The notes: generated by a model from the letters alone, not told the origin. Numbered from the stretch's first letter, positions 11,601 through 26,600 are shown. The stretch is DNA of 64,000 bases from Tubulanus polymorphus (GCF_964204645.1 NC_134026.1:11431950-11495949), one strand, 5' to 3'. Program-made: numbers and translations.

Positions 11601-14600
11601 TAATCAGTCATACAGAATTCCATATTTTGGGGGTCATGTTCGTGACTGTTAAATTAGATTGCAGCTATGTACAACAAAGTCCAACAACAAAGAAGAACAT
11701 ACTTAACATCTTGAGTTGAAAATAAATGACACACTTGAAGGAACACTGAAATGAGAAGCAGTATATGGATAAAACTGATCAATTCGCATCCAGCCACTAC
11801 AAATCATCTTAATACCACCATTGATGATAACATACCTACTCCAGCCATATATGAGTCATAGCCAGCTTCGTGAGGACAATGACCATCACCTAAAAAATCA
11901 TGAAGGTAAGTGCATTGGTCAAATTTTGCTCTGGTATCATTCAATTAGTATGTACGCAAAAAGAACCAATTTTTAACCCCCTCCCTCCCTTATACGCAAC
12001 AGTCCTTTTCATAAATGCCCCTACCCCTTGTTCATATACATAATGACTTTCGAGAACATACTTATTGATTGGTGGCAAGAGCCGTTTTATCTTTGGAGGT
12101 AAGTGAAATATGCATATGAGTCGAACTGGACAAGATCAGAATCCTCATTGCATTATTTTAAATTCTGCTGATACGGCTGTCATGATGATTGTTAGAACAT
12201 TTATTGAGTTATAGTACATTGTAAAGTAATATTGTCATTCAATGCTCTATCAAAAAGGCATCAAATGGTGCGTACGTACTAAAGTCTATCCCAGTGGTTA
12301 TGATCACGGTGCATCAAACAGTTTATATTATCGCAGATCTGGAACCCTGTGGTTTCTATGCGCTAAACCCATCAAGTAACTGAGGTCTGAACTGCCACAT
12401 TCAAGCGTGAATAATACTTCACATTCTGGATTTGTTTTTCTTTTATATATTCTCAAAGAACACCAATTAATTAAAATATATGTAAGCATGGATTTCAAGT
12501 TTTCGTGGATTAATTTCTTATTTTGTGCACCTAACAAAGCTAGACTATGCGCTCTTTTTTAATGAACACATATCTAATTCTATGGTTTTTTTTAGTTAGT
12601 GGTAAGCATTGTTAAATGGAAACAGCTTTAAAAGCTGGAAAATATCGGAAGTCAATATATATCTTACTATATTTTTCGAATCCAGCACCATGTTCAATGA
12701 ATGGGCAATACAAGACACGATGACTGTCAACATCACTACATAATACAAATAAATAACATATTAAAATCCTCTCAATTTTTAAAGGGTATAGCACAACCTT
12801 TATTACATCAGAATTTAACGATTACTGGAAAACGACCGATCATGAAATGATGTCTACCTTGCTGGGGAAGGATCTACCAAAATCAGATTTTAATGTCCAT
12901 TTCAAAGGGATTCAGAAGAATGGATGTCCAGTGAACACATTCAACATCAATATAGGTTCATGCACTACACTATCACTTGAAACATTCCACTGTTATTTTG
13001 ACTGAATTTAGTATGCATGTGGGAGTAGGGTTGAAAAAATGTTCTTGACCTGTAGACATCATTCATGAAAAGCCCGATACAAAATCAGCCTAAGGATATG
13101 CAATAACAGAATAATTGTCCATAAAGATTGTAAACATAGTTACCTAACTAATGCTTCATAGAGATCTCCGAGTCCAGTTTTCTCAAGAACCCCTTTATCT
13201 CTAAATTGCTTTAGGTAATAAAATCATGAAAATTATTAAAATATCAAAATGAAGTATGGCAATCCATAAGAAAGCCAAAGTGTAATCCGTACAAGAGAGG
13301 GTTGATGCAAGGATTGAATCTTTATTCCCTGCTGAGCTACATATGTACTGTGTTATGTGTTATTGATTGTAGTGGCAGCATATTCAATGGTGTTCTATAC
13401 TGATTGCATGGTAACGCCATCTAGATATACAGGTAATTTTGAAGGTTGTGTAATAGAGAGGAAGACCGCAAGGGGCTTTCAAGGACGAATAACGGACAAT
13501 AAAGACAAACGTATCATGAGAGAAAATATTTACTATTTATAACAGAATGGATCTCGAGGAACAACTTCACGACATGGTGCAGAACCCCGTGTCGTCGTGA
13601 ATGGAGGAGCATAAAAAATCCAAAAAAAACGGGTCATCCCAAATATGCGGAAAACCCAAAAGTGTAAATATTTTTGTTCGTGAATCATCACACTAGCATG
13701 TCATTTTGCGTAAAATGCGCTGGAGATTGATTGAATTACGCTTTACGTATTCACTGCATTGGAAATTGACTACACCCTTTTGCATTGTTGCAGAAAACTC
13801 CCTTGCACAGATGACTTAAATTTCCGGGTAATGACAACGAATCAACATTCAAACAATCGCAAACGCACTTTGTCACTCGGCTGTTCTAAGCTGGCTGACC
13901 GTAGGGTATGTAGGGAAGAAGATGCCACATTTCGCTTCGATTTTATTGGGTGATCTCTCCAAGGCTGACCCTTCGGAGGCTATGAAACTCATGGTTGCGG
14001 TTTCTTTAGCAACCATATCCAAGGATTATCTGGCGAAGTCGAAAATTCTGTAGTGAAAAAAGTGTAGGGACCTAATCATGGCTACTGCAGCGGTTATTAT
14101 CAGCAACGCCATAGCAAACGCTGCAGCATTTACTGGAGGCCAAGCAATCTATAGAGCAACACAAGGCGACTCTAACGATTGAACGCGGCATAGGTGACAT
14201 GGAACGGGAAAAGGCAAAACACTGTACTACCTCAACAGGGAGCTGCAAAACGAGATGCAGACAAAGACAGACTTTAGGCCCTTAGGCTTTACAACAATAC
14301 CAGGAACGACAAATCGTCAGCGAGTTGGGGCACACAGCCATTGCTGGGTGATTTCTATACCCCTTCAGATGCCCAATTAAACAGTGAGTAGGCCTTCATA
14401 TTAGGCAGTGTGTTTCTGAATAGCGTCATCGCGTACAAGTATCTGTATGTCATAGACGACCCCTATGGTATATTACCCATGGATTTTGACCTCAGATCAA
14501 AAATTTTTTGCAAATCAAAATAGTTCCAAAACCGAAAGAAGTCCACCTGCCTCCCGTAAATTACGACTATTGAACCTACTCCGTGGGTAGATTCCTGTTG

Positions 14601-17600
14601 AGGAAAGCCGAAAAAGTAGTTGGATTCGTGGCCGAGAACCTGGTGCTCGTGATTATTGTTGCAGTCAGTCTGGCCATGAAATTCTCGCGTTAGATATAAG
14701 AAAATGTTAGTCATCCACTGTTGCCGCAAGGATTCGACCGTGCGTCAAAAAAATGCATCACGACATGAGTGGCTAAAAAACTGTGACCTTATCATGTGCT
14801 GTCATTCCTCTGCGTTATTTCAATGTTTCCGTAAAACTGAACAACCATAGAAGCAACTACATGACCTGAGATAGGGTGGACGAGCACCAACAAAAGAGTT
14901 TAACTTGATTATCAGTAATGGACTTTCCATGTTTGAGAATTTGAACGAAGAATTGCAGCATGTCATTACTCGTAACCGTCATACTCACCGTCAAAAAAAC
15001 CATACCGAGTGCTCTTGAGCGTCCCAATCACTGAGCTGTTTGGAGTCTCGGAAATTTATTAGCGAAACGTCGAAGTTAAAGAGGTTAGCGTCAGGGGTAC
15101 AAAAGAATGTATGTTTACCGGGCATAGCGAATACCTCGTTGACAAGTCGAGAAACTTACTGAACGGGGTGTCATTAGACTTTTATAACCAAAAGTAGGTC
15201 ATTATTGTGACTAATTTGGATGCGGATGTAACAAAACGATTAGTTTCTTATTTTAATTCTTTTGATTTTCTCATCAAATATCATATCTAGTATCGTTTCA
15301 TGTTTAATTAGCAGTCTCTATATCAAAATTATTTATATAACTATATATGCTCATTTGTTTGCTTTGTAATTAATTAATTCTTTGTTCAGACAGGTGTCCC
15401 ACTAATGTATTAAACAATGACCAGTTTGGAACATGTCACTGTAAGTCTGTCACATGTTTACCTGTTTGTTCTTTTTGTAACCAATATTGTATATATAACT
15501 TGTAAGATTCAAAAGAATTGTCACTCACTCAGAATTATTCATTCAATCAGACACACTTTCGTTGAGTCAGCCTTGGAGAATGTATCGAATTCAAACACAT
15601 ACCAAGTGCATCTAGAATAAAATCATCGTCAACCAAAAAATCCATAGTCTTTTTCGTCTATATCGAATGAGCTAGTTTCTGAAACGACCGACGACTTGTA
15701 GCAGAAATTAAGCGTTGCTAAACGTATATAGGGTACCGATACCATTTACGGACGGCGGCTTCAACAAGGTAGTGAAGTTTTTCAATCAGAACATGGAGGG
15801 ATTCATTTCCAATCTCCAAATTTTACTGACATAAGAATAGAGATGAACTTGTACAAGGGATTAAGGAAAAAGCGGTCAACAACAAAACCCGTTATAACCG
15901 TTTGGAGATCTTAGTACGCGGCTATACCATGATGTGTCCGGGGAGAGTGCTAAAAATGGGCCTCTCCGTTGGGGACGACTCTACAACCAATACCACAGTA
16001 GTGTTGACGCGTCTACAGGGTGGAAAAAGGTGAAATCACGAAAGAAGCTCCACTATTACAGGACCCATCAAACCCCAAGATAGATGAGAGTAATAGGGAA
16101 TATGATTATTTATATAATATTGTTTATTAACTACTTTTATGCAACTTTTACAGTAACTTTGTATACTATCTCTCTTAGTCTTATTTTTATAATATTCTGC
16201 TAATGATTTACTTAATTCACATTTTGAACGAATCTTATAGTATGTATTTACAACACTATTTGTAATATTGATACTTTGTGCTTGTTCTGACTCCATTTTG
16301 ATATCAAATTTTTTATTAAAATTGATTTTAGAAGTTATTCATATATAAATTATTCATTTATATATGTTATTCATATATATGGAATGATTAGAGTAATAGG
16401 GAATATGGGGTTCATACCAAAGGTCGAAGGGTCGAGCTCATAAAAAATTTTTAAAAAAATTCTCGCACGCTCGAATTTATTTTTTATTTTTTACTCACTC
16501 ACCCCTTCAACCTTTGATATGAACCCAATATTCCCTATTACTCTAATCATTCCATATATATGAATAACATATATAAATGAATAATTTATATATGAATAAC
16601 TTCTAAAATCAATTTTAATAAAAAATTTGATATCAAAATGGAGTCAGAACAAGCACAAAGTATCAATATTACAAATAGTGTTGTAAATACATACTATAAG
16701 ATTCGTTCAAAATGTGAATTAAGTAAATCATTAGCAGAATATTATAAAAATAAGACTAAGAGAGATAGTATACAAAGTTACTGTAAAAGTTGCATAAAAG
16801 TAGTTAATAAACAATATTATATAAATAATGCTGAAAAATGCAAAAATAATAATAAACAATATCAAGCAAATAATCCAGAAAAATGTAATGAAAAAAATAA
16901 ACGTTGGCGAGCTAATAATCGTGAACAATATAATGATTATAGTAATAATTTTCAAAAAGAAAGGTGTCAAACAGATTTTAATTTTAAAATTAAACAGCGT
17001 TTGAGTTCTAGATTAACAAAATTATTCAGGAAAGATAATCACTCAGTTACACTAATTTGTTAGGTTGTTCAGATGAATTCTTAAAATCATGGATTGTATA
17101 TCAGTTTGACGATAAAATGAATATGAATAATTATGGTGATTATTTTCAAATAGATCATGTATTACCAGTATCTAAATTTAACATGAACGATGAATACAAT
17201 CAGAAGTTAATATGGAATTGGAAGAACCTGAGACTTTTAGAAAAAGTAGAACATATTAGGAAAGGAAATAAACTTGATTTACAGTTGTATTTAGATCAGC
17301 TGGATAAAGCAGACATTTGTTGAATAATGGAATAGTAGCTCACAGAATGAACCGCAGACTGAGATTTAATCTGCAGTTAGAATAAGAGCCCGATAACGCC
17401 CAGTCTATATAACTGCCTGTATATCCAAACATCTGTTGCGCGTTCACACCGTTCAGTTGCAAGGTAGTAATTAATTTGAATATTGATTGATCGAACGTTT
17501 TAATAAACAAGCATGCATTCAGTTGTAAAGAAATAATCAATTTCATTATAAACGAACACCTGTTACCAACGCGCCAGACAGTGTTTGGCTAGTTGGCAGT

Positions 17601-20600
17601 TAGTAATAAGCGCGCAATGCATAAGCACAGGATTTCTCTCTCGAAACACAATTCAGAGTTACAGTTTACAGTTCTAAATGTAAGTACCGTTTTTGTTGTT
17701 ATTAAGACGTCGGGAAAGGTGACTACTAAATTTGAAACCTTTAAATATATTTAAGTGCATTAATTCATATTTAACAACAAGGCTGTGACTTTTGAGTACT
17801 CCGGAGCTGTAATAAAGTGAGATACGAGACACTTCCCAAAATCACAAGCAATGATTTGACTCGTGCTAAATTCTAACATAAACCGGGTTCAACTTCAAGT
17901 TAATTATATTCTACGCTAGATATCTTTTAGATAACAAAATGAAGACAATTGCCATTTGAATCAAGAAAGTGAAGATGGGTGTGGAATCAGAAATTATGAA
18001 TGTTTCATCGAAAGAGACTGTAGCTGTTTTGTCATACTGTATAGACTTCCAATCTATAATATTTGCCGGAATTGCAGTTGCGCGTACATTCGTCGTTCGG
18101 TCGTTGTTAATGGTGATAGCTGTTCTGTATTGATTGGTTACAGTTCTATGTTTGAATGTTGTAGGCCTATGTTTGAATGTTGACGCCATGTGTGTTTGTT
18201 AGAACAATGGCAAAGCGGTCCTGTAGGACCGCTTTTCTATTGTTCTCAATTATTCTATTTTCGATCGCTACAATTTGCATAATAAATATATGTGTTTATG
18301 AAATCGACCAGCATTTTGGTTAAATTAATTTTCAGCTTCAGGATGTAATATCGAGAATCCGAAATGACTTATCTGGACAATTTAATTGCTCCTATAGATA
18401 GACAAAAGTAGTGTGATATTGAATCCTAATTTAAATAAAAAGTATTAAAAATTACATATTTTAACTAGCTAGTGAATTCTATTATATTTTTAATATTTTC
18501 TAATGCAATTCTAATTAACACTAGATTAAATAGATTGTAATAAGAATTGAATAAAAATTACATAACTTCAAATAGCTAGTATTTAAAATTCTCTAACTTA
18601 ACTAAATAGTATTAACCCAAAGAGTTACTAGTATCATTTTAGAATAATTAGGGTTTTCTGTTATTTCACAGAAAACCCTATTGATATCCGCGTGATTATT
18701 ATTATTATTATTTTCTTCCACACTATTTTTACCAAAAGAACATAGGCTTTGTTACCTTACCGCTGTTTCATATACAATCCATATAATATCGTTCAGCTCA
18801 CTGAGATCTACAAATAGCCCGCGTGTTTTTTCACGAATCATCGTTACAAAAGCGCTGTCGGGCCGTAAACATCGAAAATTTAGCCCCATTCAATGCGGCG
18901 ACATGTTTTTCGAGTCGTCATCCCGAAATCAACCCGCAGGCCGACTGTCACTTCGATTATCAATTCAAGTATAAATGAACTAATTTATTGCCGCAGACTA
19001 CAAATTCAGTCGCGGTCTTCAAACAGTGATTTTAACAATAGCCCATTTTCCTCATCAAATCATATTACCGATACACTGGAAATTGACTACTTTAGATTTT
19101 AAAAGCACTGTCGAGCCGTGAACATCGACGAATCGACGTGTGTTACTACATCGTCGTTCCGGGGATCAGCTGCGAGTTTCTCCTCATCATGAGAATCAAA
19201 TCGAGTACAAATTAATTTATTACTACCAGTAATTTGGCTGCGGGTTTCAAGGAGTTAGTATAACAATACCTATTTTTCTTTACCGAATTAACCGAGTATT
19301 TACTAAGATAAATCTTTAGTGTACCGAGGAATCGTAGGCCTAAACTAAACACGCCGAAGAGATATAGCGGAGAAAAGCTGTTATGTCGACGAGGTATCAA
19401 AATAAAAGAATATATTACTTTATTCGGCCGCGGGCTTCAACCTCTATATCAATACCATCAATACTCTATATTTCCTACAGTACATACCGATCATTGTCAA
19501 ATGCACAAGGTATTTACTAAATACAAGTATATAACACATAATCCTTTCCGTATGCTGGACTCACACTTGACATTCGGAGTAAGCGTTCGCTGTGGGGGAA
19601 AGGGATCGTTCGCTGTGTCGCTTCAAATGAGGGCGACATTATGACAAAACGACAAAACTAAAATAATGCGACAAAACAATAATTTTGGTTTTGTCGCCCT
19701 CGACAATTCATTATTTTGGTTTTATCGCCCGCGACAATTCATTATTTTGGTTTTATCGCCCGCGACAATTCATTAATTTGGTTTTGTCACCCGCGACAAA
19801 TCAATATTTTGGTTTTCTTGCTCATGCCAATTCAATATTTTGGTTTTATGGCCCACGACAATTCATTATTTTGGTTTTATCGCCCGCAAAAATTGATTAT
19901 TTTGGTTTTATCGCCCGCAACAATTCATTAGTTTGGTTTTTTCGCCCGCGACAATTCAAGATTTTGGTTTTTCTGCCGCGACAATTCATTTTTTGGATTT
20001 GTCGCCCGCGACAATTCATTATTTTGGTTTTATCGCCCGCGACAATTCATTATTTTGGTTTTATCACCCGCGACAACTCATTAATTTGGTTTTGTCGCCC
20101 GCGACAATTCATTATTTTGGTTTTATCGCCCGCGACAATTCATTATTTTGGTTTTATCGCCCGCGACAATTCATTATTGAGGTTTTGTCGCACACGACAA
20201 TGGCGACAATTCAAGATTTTGGTTTTATCGCCCGCGACAATTCATTTTTTGGATTTGTCACCCACGACAATTCAATATTTTGGTTTTATCGCCCGCGACA
20301 ATTCATTATTTCGGTTTTATCGCCCGCGACAATTTTTTTCTCTTTTTGTCGCGGTTTTATCGCCTGCGACACTTCAATATTTTGGTTTTATCGCCCGCAA
20401 CAATTCATTATTTCGGTTTTATCGCCCGCGACAATTTTTTTCTCTTTTTATCGCGGTTTTATCGCCTGCGACACTTCAATATTTTGGTTTTGTCGCCCGC
20501 GACAATTCATGATTTTGGTTTTATCGCCCGCGACAATTCATTTTTTTGGTTTTATCGCCAGCGACAATTTATTATTTTGGTTTTATCGCCCGCAACAATT

Positions 20601-23600
20601 CATTAGTTTGGTTTTTTCGCCCGCGACAATTCAAGATTTTGGTTTTATACTTTGTTTTTGTTGCCCGCGACAATTTTTTTTTTGGTTTTGTCGCCCGCAA
20701 CAATTCAATATTTTGGTTTTGTCGCCCGCAACAATTCATTATTTTGGTTTTATCGCCCGCGACAATTCAATATTTTAGTTTTATCGCCTGCGATAATTCA
20801 TTATTTTGGTTTTATCGCCCGCGACAATTCAATATTTTGCTTTATCGTCCGCGACAATTCATTATTTCGGTTATGTCGCTCGAGGCAATTCATTATTTTG
20901 GTTTTATCGTCCGCGAAAATTTATTATTTTGGTTTTGTCGCTCGAGACAATTCATTATTTTGGTTTTATCGCCCGCGACAATTCACCATTTTGGTTTTGT
21001 CGCCCGCAACAATTCATTATTTTGGTTTTGTCGCCCCGACAATTCTTTTTTTGGTTTTATCGCCCGCGACAATTCATTAGTTTGGTTTTGTCGCCCGCGA
21101 CAATTCACCATTTTGGTTTTGTCGCCTGGACAATTCACCATTATGGTTTTGTCGCCCGCAACAATTCATTATTTTGGTTTTGTCGCCCCGACAATTCTTT
21201 TTTTGGTATTGTCGCCCGCGACAATTCATTAGTTTGGTTTTGTCGCCCGTGACAATTCAATATTTTGGTTTTGTCACCCGCGACAATTCATTATTTTGGT
21301 TTTATCGCCCGCAACAATTCATTATTTTGCTTTTGTCGCCCGCGACAATTCATTATTTTGCTTTTGTCGCCCGCGACAATTCATTATTTTGCTTTTGTCG
21401 CCCGCGACAATTCATTATTTTGCTTTTGTCGCCCGCGACAATTCACCATTTTGGTTTTGTCGCCTGGACAATTCACCATTATGGTTTTGTCGCCCGCAAC
21501 AATTCATTATTTTGGTTTTGTCGCCCCGACAATTCTTTTTTTGGTTTTGTCGCCCGCGACAATTCATTAGTTTGGTTTTGTCGCCCGTGACAATTCAATA
21601 TTTTGGTTTTGTCACCCGCGACAATTCATAATTTTGGTTTTGTCCCCGTGGTTTTGTCGGAACATTAAGTTTTTTGGTCGAACAGTGTGTTAAGGTCGTT
21701 TTGGAAATTTACTCGGTCTGATATATTTTGGATTACTGTCTATGTCATTTGTCAGGACATTAAACAGAAGACGACTTAGGATACTACCTTGCGTGACTCC
21801 ACTAGTTAGACCGTCTCATTCCAAGATGAGGCGTTCCGTTGATTTCGGTTACAAGTTTCCGTTCAGAGATAACTGCTGAGCCATTTTAACGACCTATCAT
21901 TGATACTGTTTCCTAATAGACTCTTTAGTAATGGCTGATGTTGAACCTTATCAAATGCTTTGTTGAAATCCACCGTTGAACAGGATTCTAAGACTGTGCA
22001 GAAAACCCGTTATCGCTGCTTTGCAGCTATATTTTATATTGAAGTTTGAAAATTAAAAATATATAACCTTTATTATTTTCCAACTTACTCACATATTAGT
22101 TGGAAAATTAGAAATGTATTGGTTGAAAATGTAAAATTAATTGTATAAATAATATTTACTTTAAGAAAGGGGTTTTAAGTATTTAATACGTATTTAATGC
22201 GTATTTAATACGTGGGTTTTAAGTATTTATGTATTTAATACATAAATACTTAAATTATGATTTTATTTTATGAATTTATATTCATAGGGAAATTGAAGCC
22301 TCAGTAATAATTTTGAACCTTTATTATTCTTTAATTTATTCATATATTCATCGTGTAATTCAGTAGGTATAATTTGATTTTCGTCCAATGATTGTTGCAT
22401 AGATTTTCTATCTTTGTCATCGAATAAAACTAAAAATCTAATGTTTTCTCTAAAATCTTTAACAATTGAATCATATTTTAACAATTGAATCAGAATTTTT
22501 GATTTAAAACCCATGTTGTTATCGCAAAATGTCTACCAGAAAAAGCTAAATAACATAATTCACTTTCTCTAATTTTTGAATCATGTAAATTTGCACAATC
22601 ATCAATGATGAATAAGGTATTTGATCCTTTGTAAATATCTAATGCTATTTTTATACAATTATCTTAATTTTCTTTTACTGTTTTTAGGATCTAAAATAAT
22701 AAACTTTTTTATCTCAACTATATTCCTATTATACGTTTTATTCATTTCATAAGTAGGGCAGAATAATATATTATCAAAATGATTCTTATAAATAGTTCCT
22801 AACAAATCTAATACAAAATGTGTTTTACCACAATTTGTTACTCCAGTTATTAACATATTATGCGGTTCAAATATAAATACATCTTTATTCATTTATTCTT
22901 TTAATTTTACTAGATAAAATCAATTCATATTCATTAAATTTATCATCATACCCTTTATATTTCGCCAAAGAATACTTTTTTCCTTTAAGAGTTTTTGTTT
23001 TCAAAACTTTTTCTATTTTATATTCTATTTCATCTGGATTTGGTAATTCTTGTTCATAAAAATAACCTTATATTTCTTCATCTTTTAAATCTTCTAATTT
23101 ATAAACAAAAGGTTTAGTTTATATTATCTTAATTTTAATTATTTCTTCAGTAAAATTTGGAGTATAACCTTTATAAAATGTTTTTTGATATTTAGATATT
23201 CTAACGTGTTGTCCAATTTTAGATTTAGGTTCTCCGAAATCATGTGTAACAAACGCACCATATAATTATTCCAAACTATTTCTGAATTATCTTCTTTTCT
23301 AGCCTGTATAGGTTTCATACCAATACTTGAATGTTTAGAATTATTATAACCTTTCACTAAATCATCTAAATCATCTAACACATCGATATATTCATATGTT
23401 TCATTAGCAGTAAAATATTTTCACATTCTCATTTTCAATGTTTTATTAAATCTTTCTATAATAGATGCTTTTTCATATGAGTGCGTTGAAAAATAATCTA
23501 CATCGTTATCAGATAATGATTTTTTTAAATGTTTATTATAAAATTCTTTACCTTCCTCAAATTGTATTTTATCGGGAATAGCTTCTTTAAATATTAATTT

Positions 23601-26600
23601 GAACGCATTAGTAACTTCTATACCGGATTTATGTTTGATTGGTATACTCCATGCGTATCTACTGAATATATGTATAACATTTAATATCCAAAAATATCCT
23701 TTATTGTATTCTTCTAAGTTCTTCATATCAATTAAATCTGCTTGCCATTGTTGATCGATGTATGAAACCATAACTTTTCTTGTTAAATAAGTTTTATCCA
23801 TTTTCTCATAGATTTGATATGTTGGTTGATTTTGTAACCATAATTTTAATTCACTATATTTTATATTTTCTTTATCAGATTTTATTTTATCCCATAATTC
23901 TGAAACACTAGAATATGATACTTCACTCTCTGGGTTATAATATAAATCTCTTAAATATTGTTCCTTTTTCATCTCATTTTAATCCATTAATAATAATCTT
24001 GTTTGATTTTCAATGATTTTATCATTTGATTTATTTTCTGGTATAATAGGTTTATAATCACTATAGTTTATAATTACTATCATCATGGTCATTATCAGGT
24101 AGGCTACCACCATGATACGATATCACCAATAAAGATAGATCATTTTATTAAATTTCACCAGAGTTGTTTATTGCAATTGCATTCAGAAAAATCGTTCTGT
24201 TTTTGTTTCATTATTCAGTAGGGCCTAGCTACATGCGGAAAAATGGGTTTTTGTATCCAAATCTTGATTGATATAAATATCTTGGCTGGGACATGATGGA
24301 AAACATCAGAATAAACTAGTTTCGTCTTTTTAACAGAATTGCATTAATGAGGTTTAACAGTACAAATAGCCTAGGCTAAATCGTTCGGCAGAAAATAGAT
24401 TCATTCTCGGGAATAAAATCGTATTAGACAAATAGACCTTTAAGTCTGTGGTCCTCCCAATCAACATCGTTATAGAAGATTTGCCGACAGATGTAATACA
24501 TTATAACCACTTAATACCACAGTATAATCTACCAATGCTTCAAGGCCCATGGGCCTCTTGTTTATCTTTGTATTCTATAGGTTTAATATTTGAAAATTTT
24601 ATTACACCAGTAGAAATTAATGTCATTATTCCACCTAATTGAAAGGATGCGTATCCAACCCATTTCTGTAATTCTGTCATAACTAAATAATCATTTTTTA
24701 AATCAGTATATAATTTATTTTCATCATCAATTGGTATTATCCGGTTTCATAATTAACAATAACATTTAACTATTCCGTCACTAATAGAATCGTTTATTCT
24801 AGCAAATCTAGCTTCTTCGTATATTTTAAAATATTTGATTACTTTTTCTTTGTTCATATTATCTAATTCTTGAAAAGATATAATTCTACTTAACAATTCT
24901 GAAAAAACTCAAATGAAAAGTCTGGCTAATGAAGACGAAATGCTCAGACGAAATTTTCAAAAAAATCTTAATTTTTCTCAATAAAATTGATAATTGTGAT
25001 TGATCGTTGCAAGTCAGAACCAGTTAATCACTAATTAACATGCATTTTAATAAATCTGATTCCTCCTTCACAGTGAACTTGGCTTTAACCTAGTAGAGGT
25101 TACTAGCCCATGTAGGCCTATGTATATGCATAGGCCTAACATCCGGACAGATTCGTCGTAGGCCTATTCAATAACAACCCTCCTAAATATCGTAAATTTT
25201 GTTTTGAAGTTCAATCCAATGAGTCCGTTAATAAACGAAAATTCACCATTACAATATCCACAATAATTTCTATTTTCACTATAATTTAATATTATTTCAT
25301 TATTAGACGTAGAAGGAATAAAATTATTCGATGTAGAAGGAATAACATTATTAGATGTAGAGGGAATAACATTATTATCAATTTCATTACTTAAATTATC
25401 TACAACACCACTTATATTATCATCGATTTCCATTAGTTTAGTTATATAATTATTGAAAATAGGATCAAATATCAAAGCTATATTACAAGGTATTACATTA
25501 ACATAGGCCATCATTATTTTCATGTTTATCAATGTATGGAATATGTTTATATACTTTACCTTCATCCATTTATTATAAAATTTGTTATTAAAGATGATTT
25601 TATTAATACATAACACATAACACTGTGTAATTGAGAATTTGTTATATTTAATTGCGTGTCAGATATGATATAAATGTGCATTTTGAAATTTAAACTTCCT
25701 TTCTTCTTTTTCATGAATAATTGTATTCCATCTTTAGTGTTCTGCAGTTTTTTACCAGAACCATGTAATAAGTTATCCTCTGTTGATCTAAAATCTAACC
25801 ATAATGCATATTTCTTTCCGGTATAATAATCAATTTGATTAATATTACAATTTTCAGATTTACAATTTTCAGTTTATTTTTTTCATTCATAAAATGTTTT
25901 CTAATTTCTGGCCACTGATCTATCATTCTCATTCCTTGGCAAAATATTTTATTTGCTAAACCTTCAATTGTTATTTCTACTTTTGATATTTCAGGATTAT
26001 AATAATTATCAACCTGTATTGCACAATTAGAATATGTTGCAATGGTAAAAAATATTAATATACCTTTAATAGATCTTCTTGGGAAGTTGATATTCTCATT
26101 GATTATTTCATCATTTGCATTAATAGTTAGTTTTAAATTCATCAATATAATCGTATAATAATGAAAATGCAAATGTTATTTCGAATATAATATCTCCTTG
26201 AATTGCATATTTATATAAAGGCGCATTATTATTTATCAATTCAAAGTCTAATGGAATTTTATATTTACTACCATAAATCTTTTTAATCAAATTATCTGCG
26301 GTACGAGTTACTATTGCCTCATTAGCTCCTGATCTTAATTTATTTTGGTTTTCTGATTGGATGCCTTGAAATATCATATTATTTCTATTTTCTTTTGTTA
26401 ACCATAAATCTTTATAATGCATAAATAAATTATAATCATCTAATGAAAAAACTGTTTCTGGCCCAATCTTTATAGTTAATTTTTTAATCAAATATCTACT
26501 AACATTATCTACAACATAAATATTATCATGGTCAGTTACTTTTATATCAGCTGATAAATAAATACTATTTGGAACATAAAAAGTATTTTATGTTAGTATG

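Noticed and set aside
19685-21631. Long overlapping ORFs in three frames; superficially CRISPR-like periodicity
   Set aside because: Products of a stop-free 31-bp satellite; no unique spacers, no cas genes, eukaryotic context.
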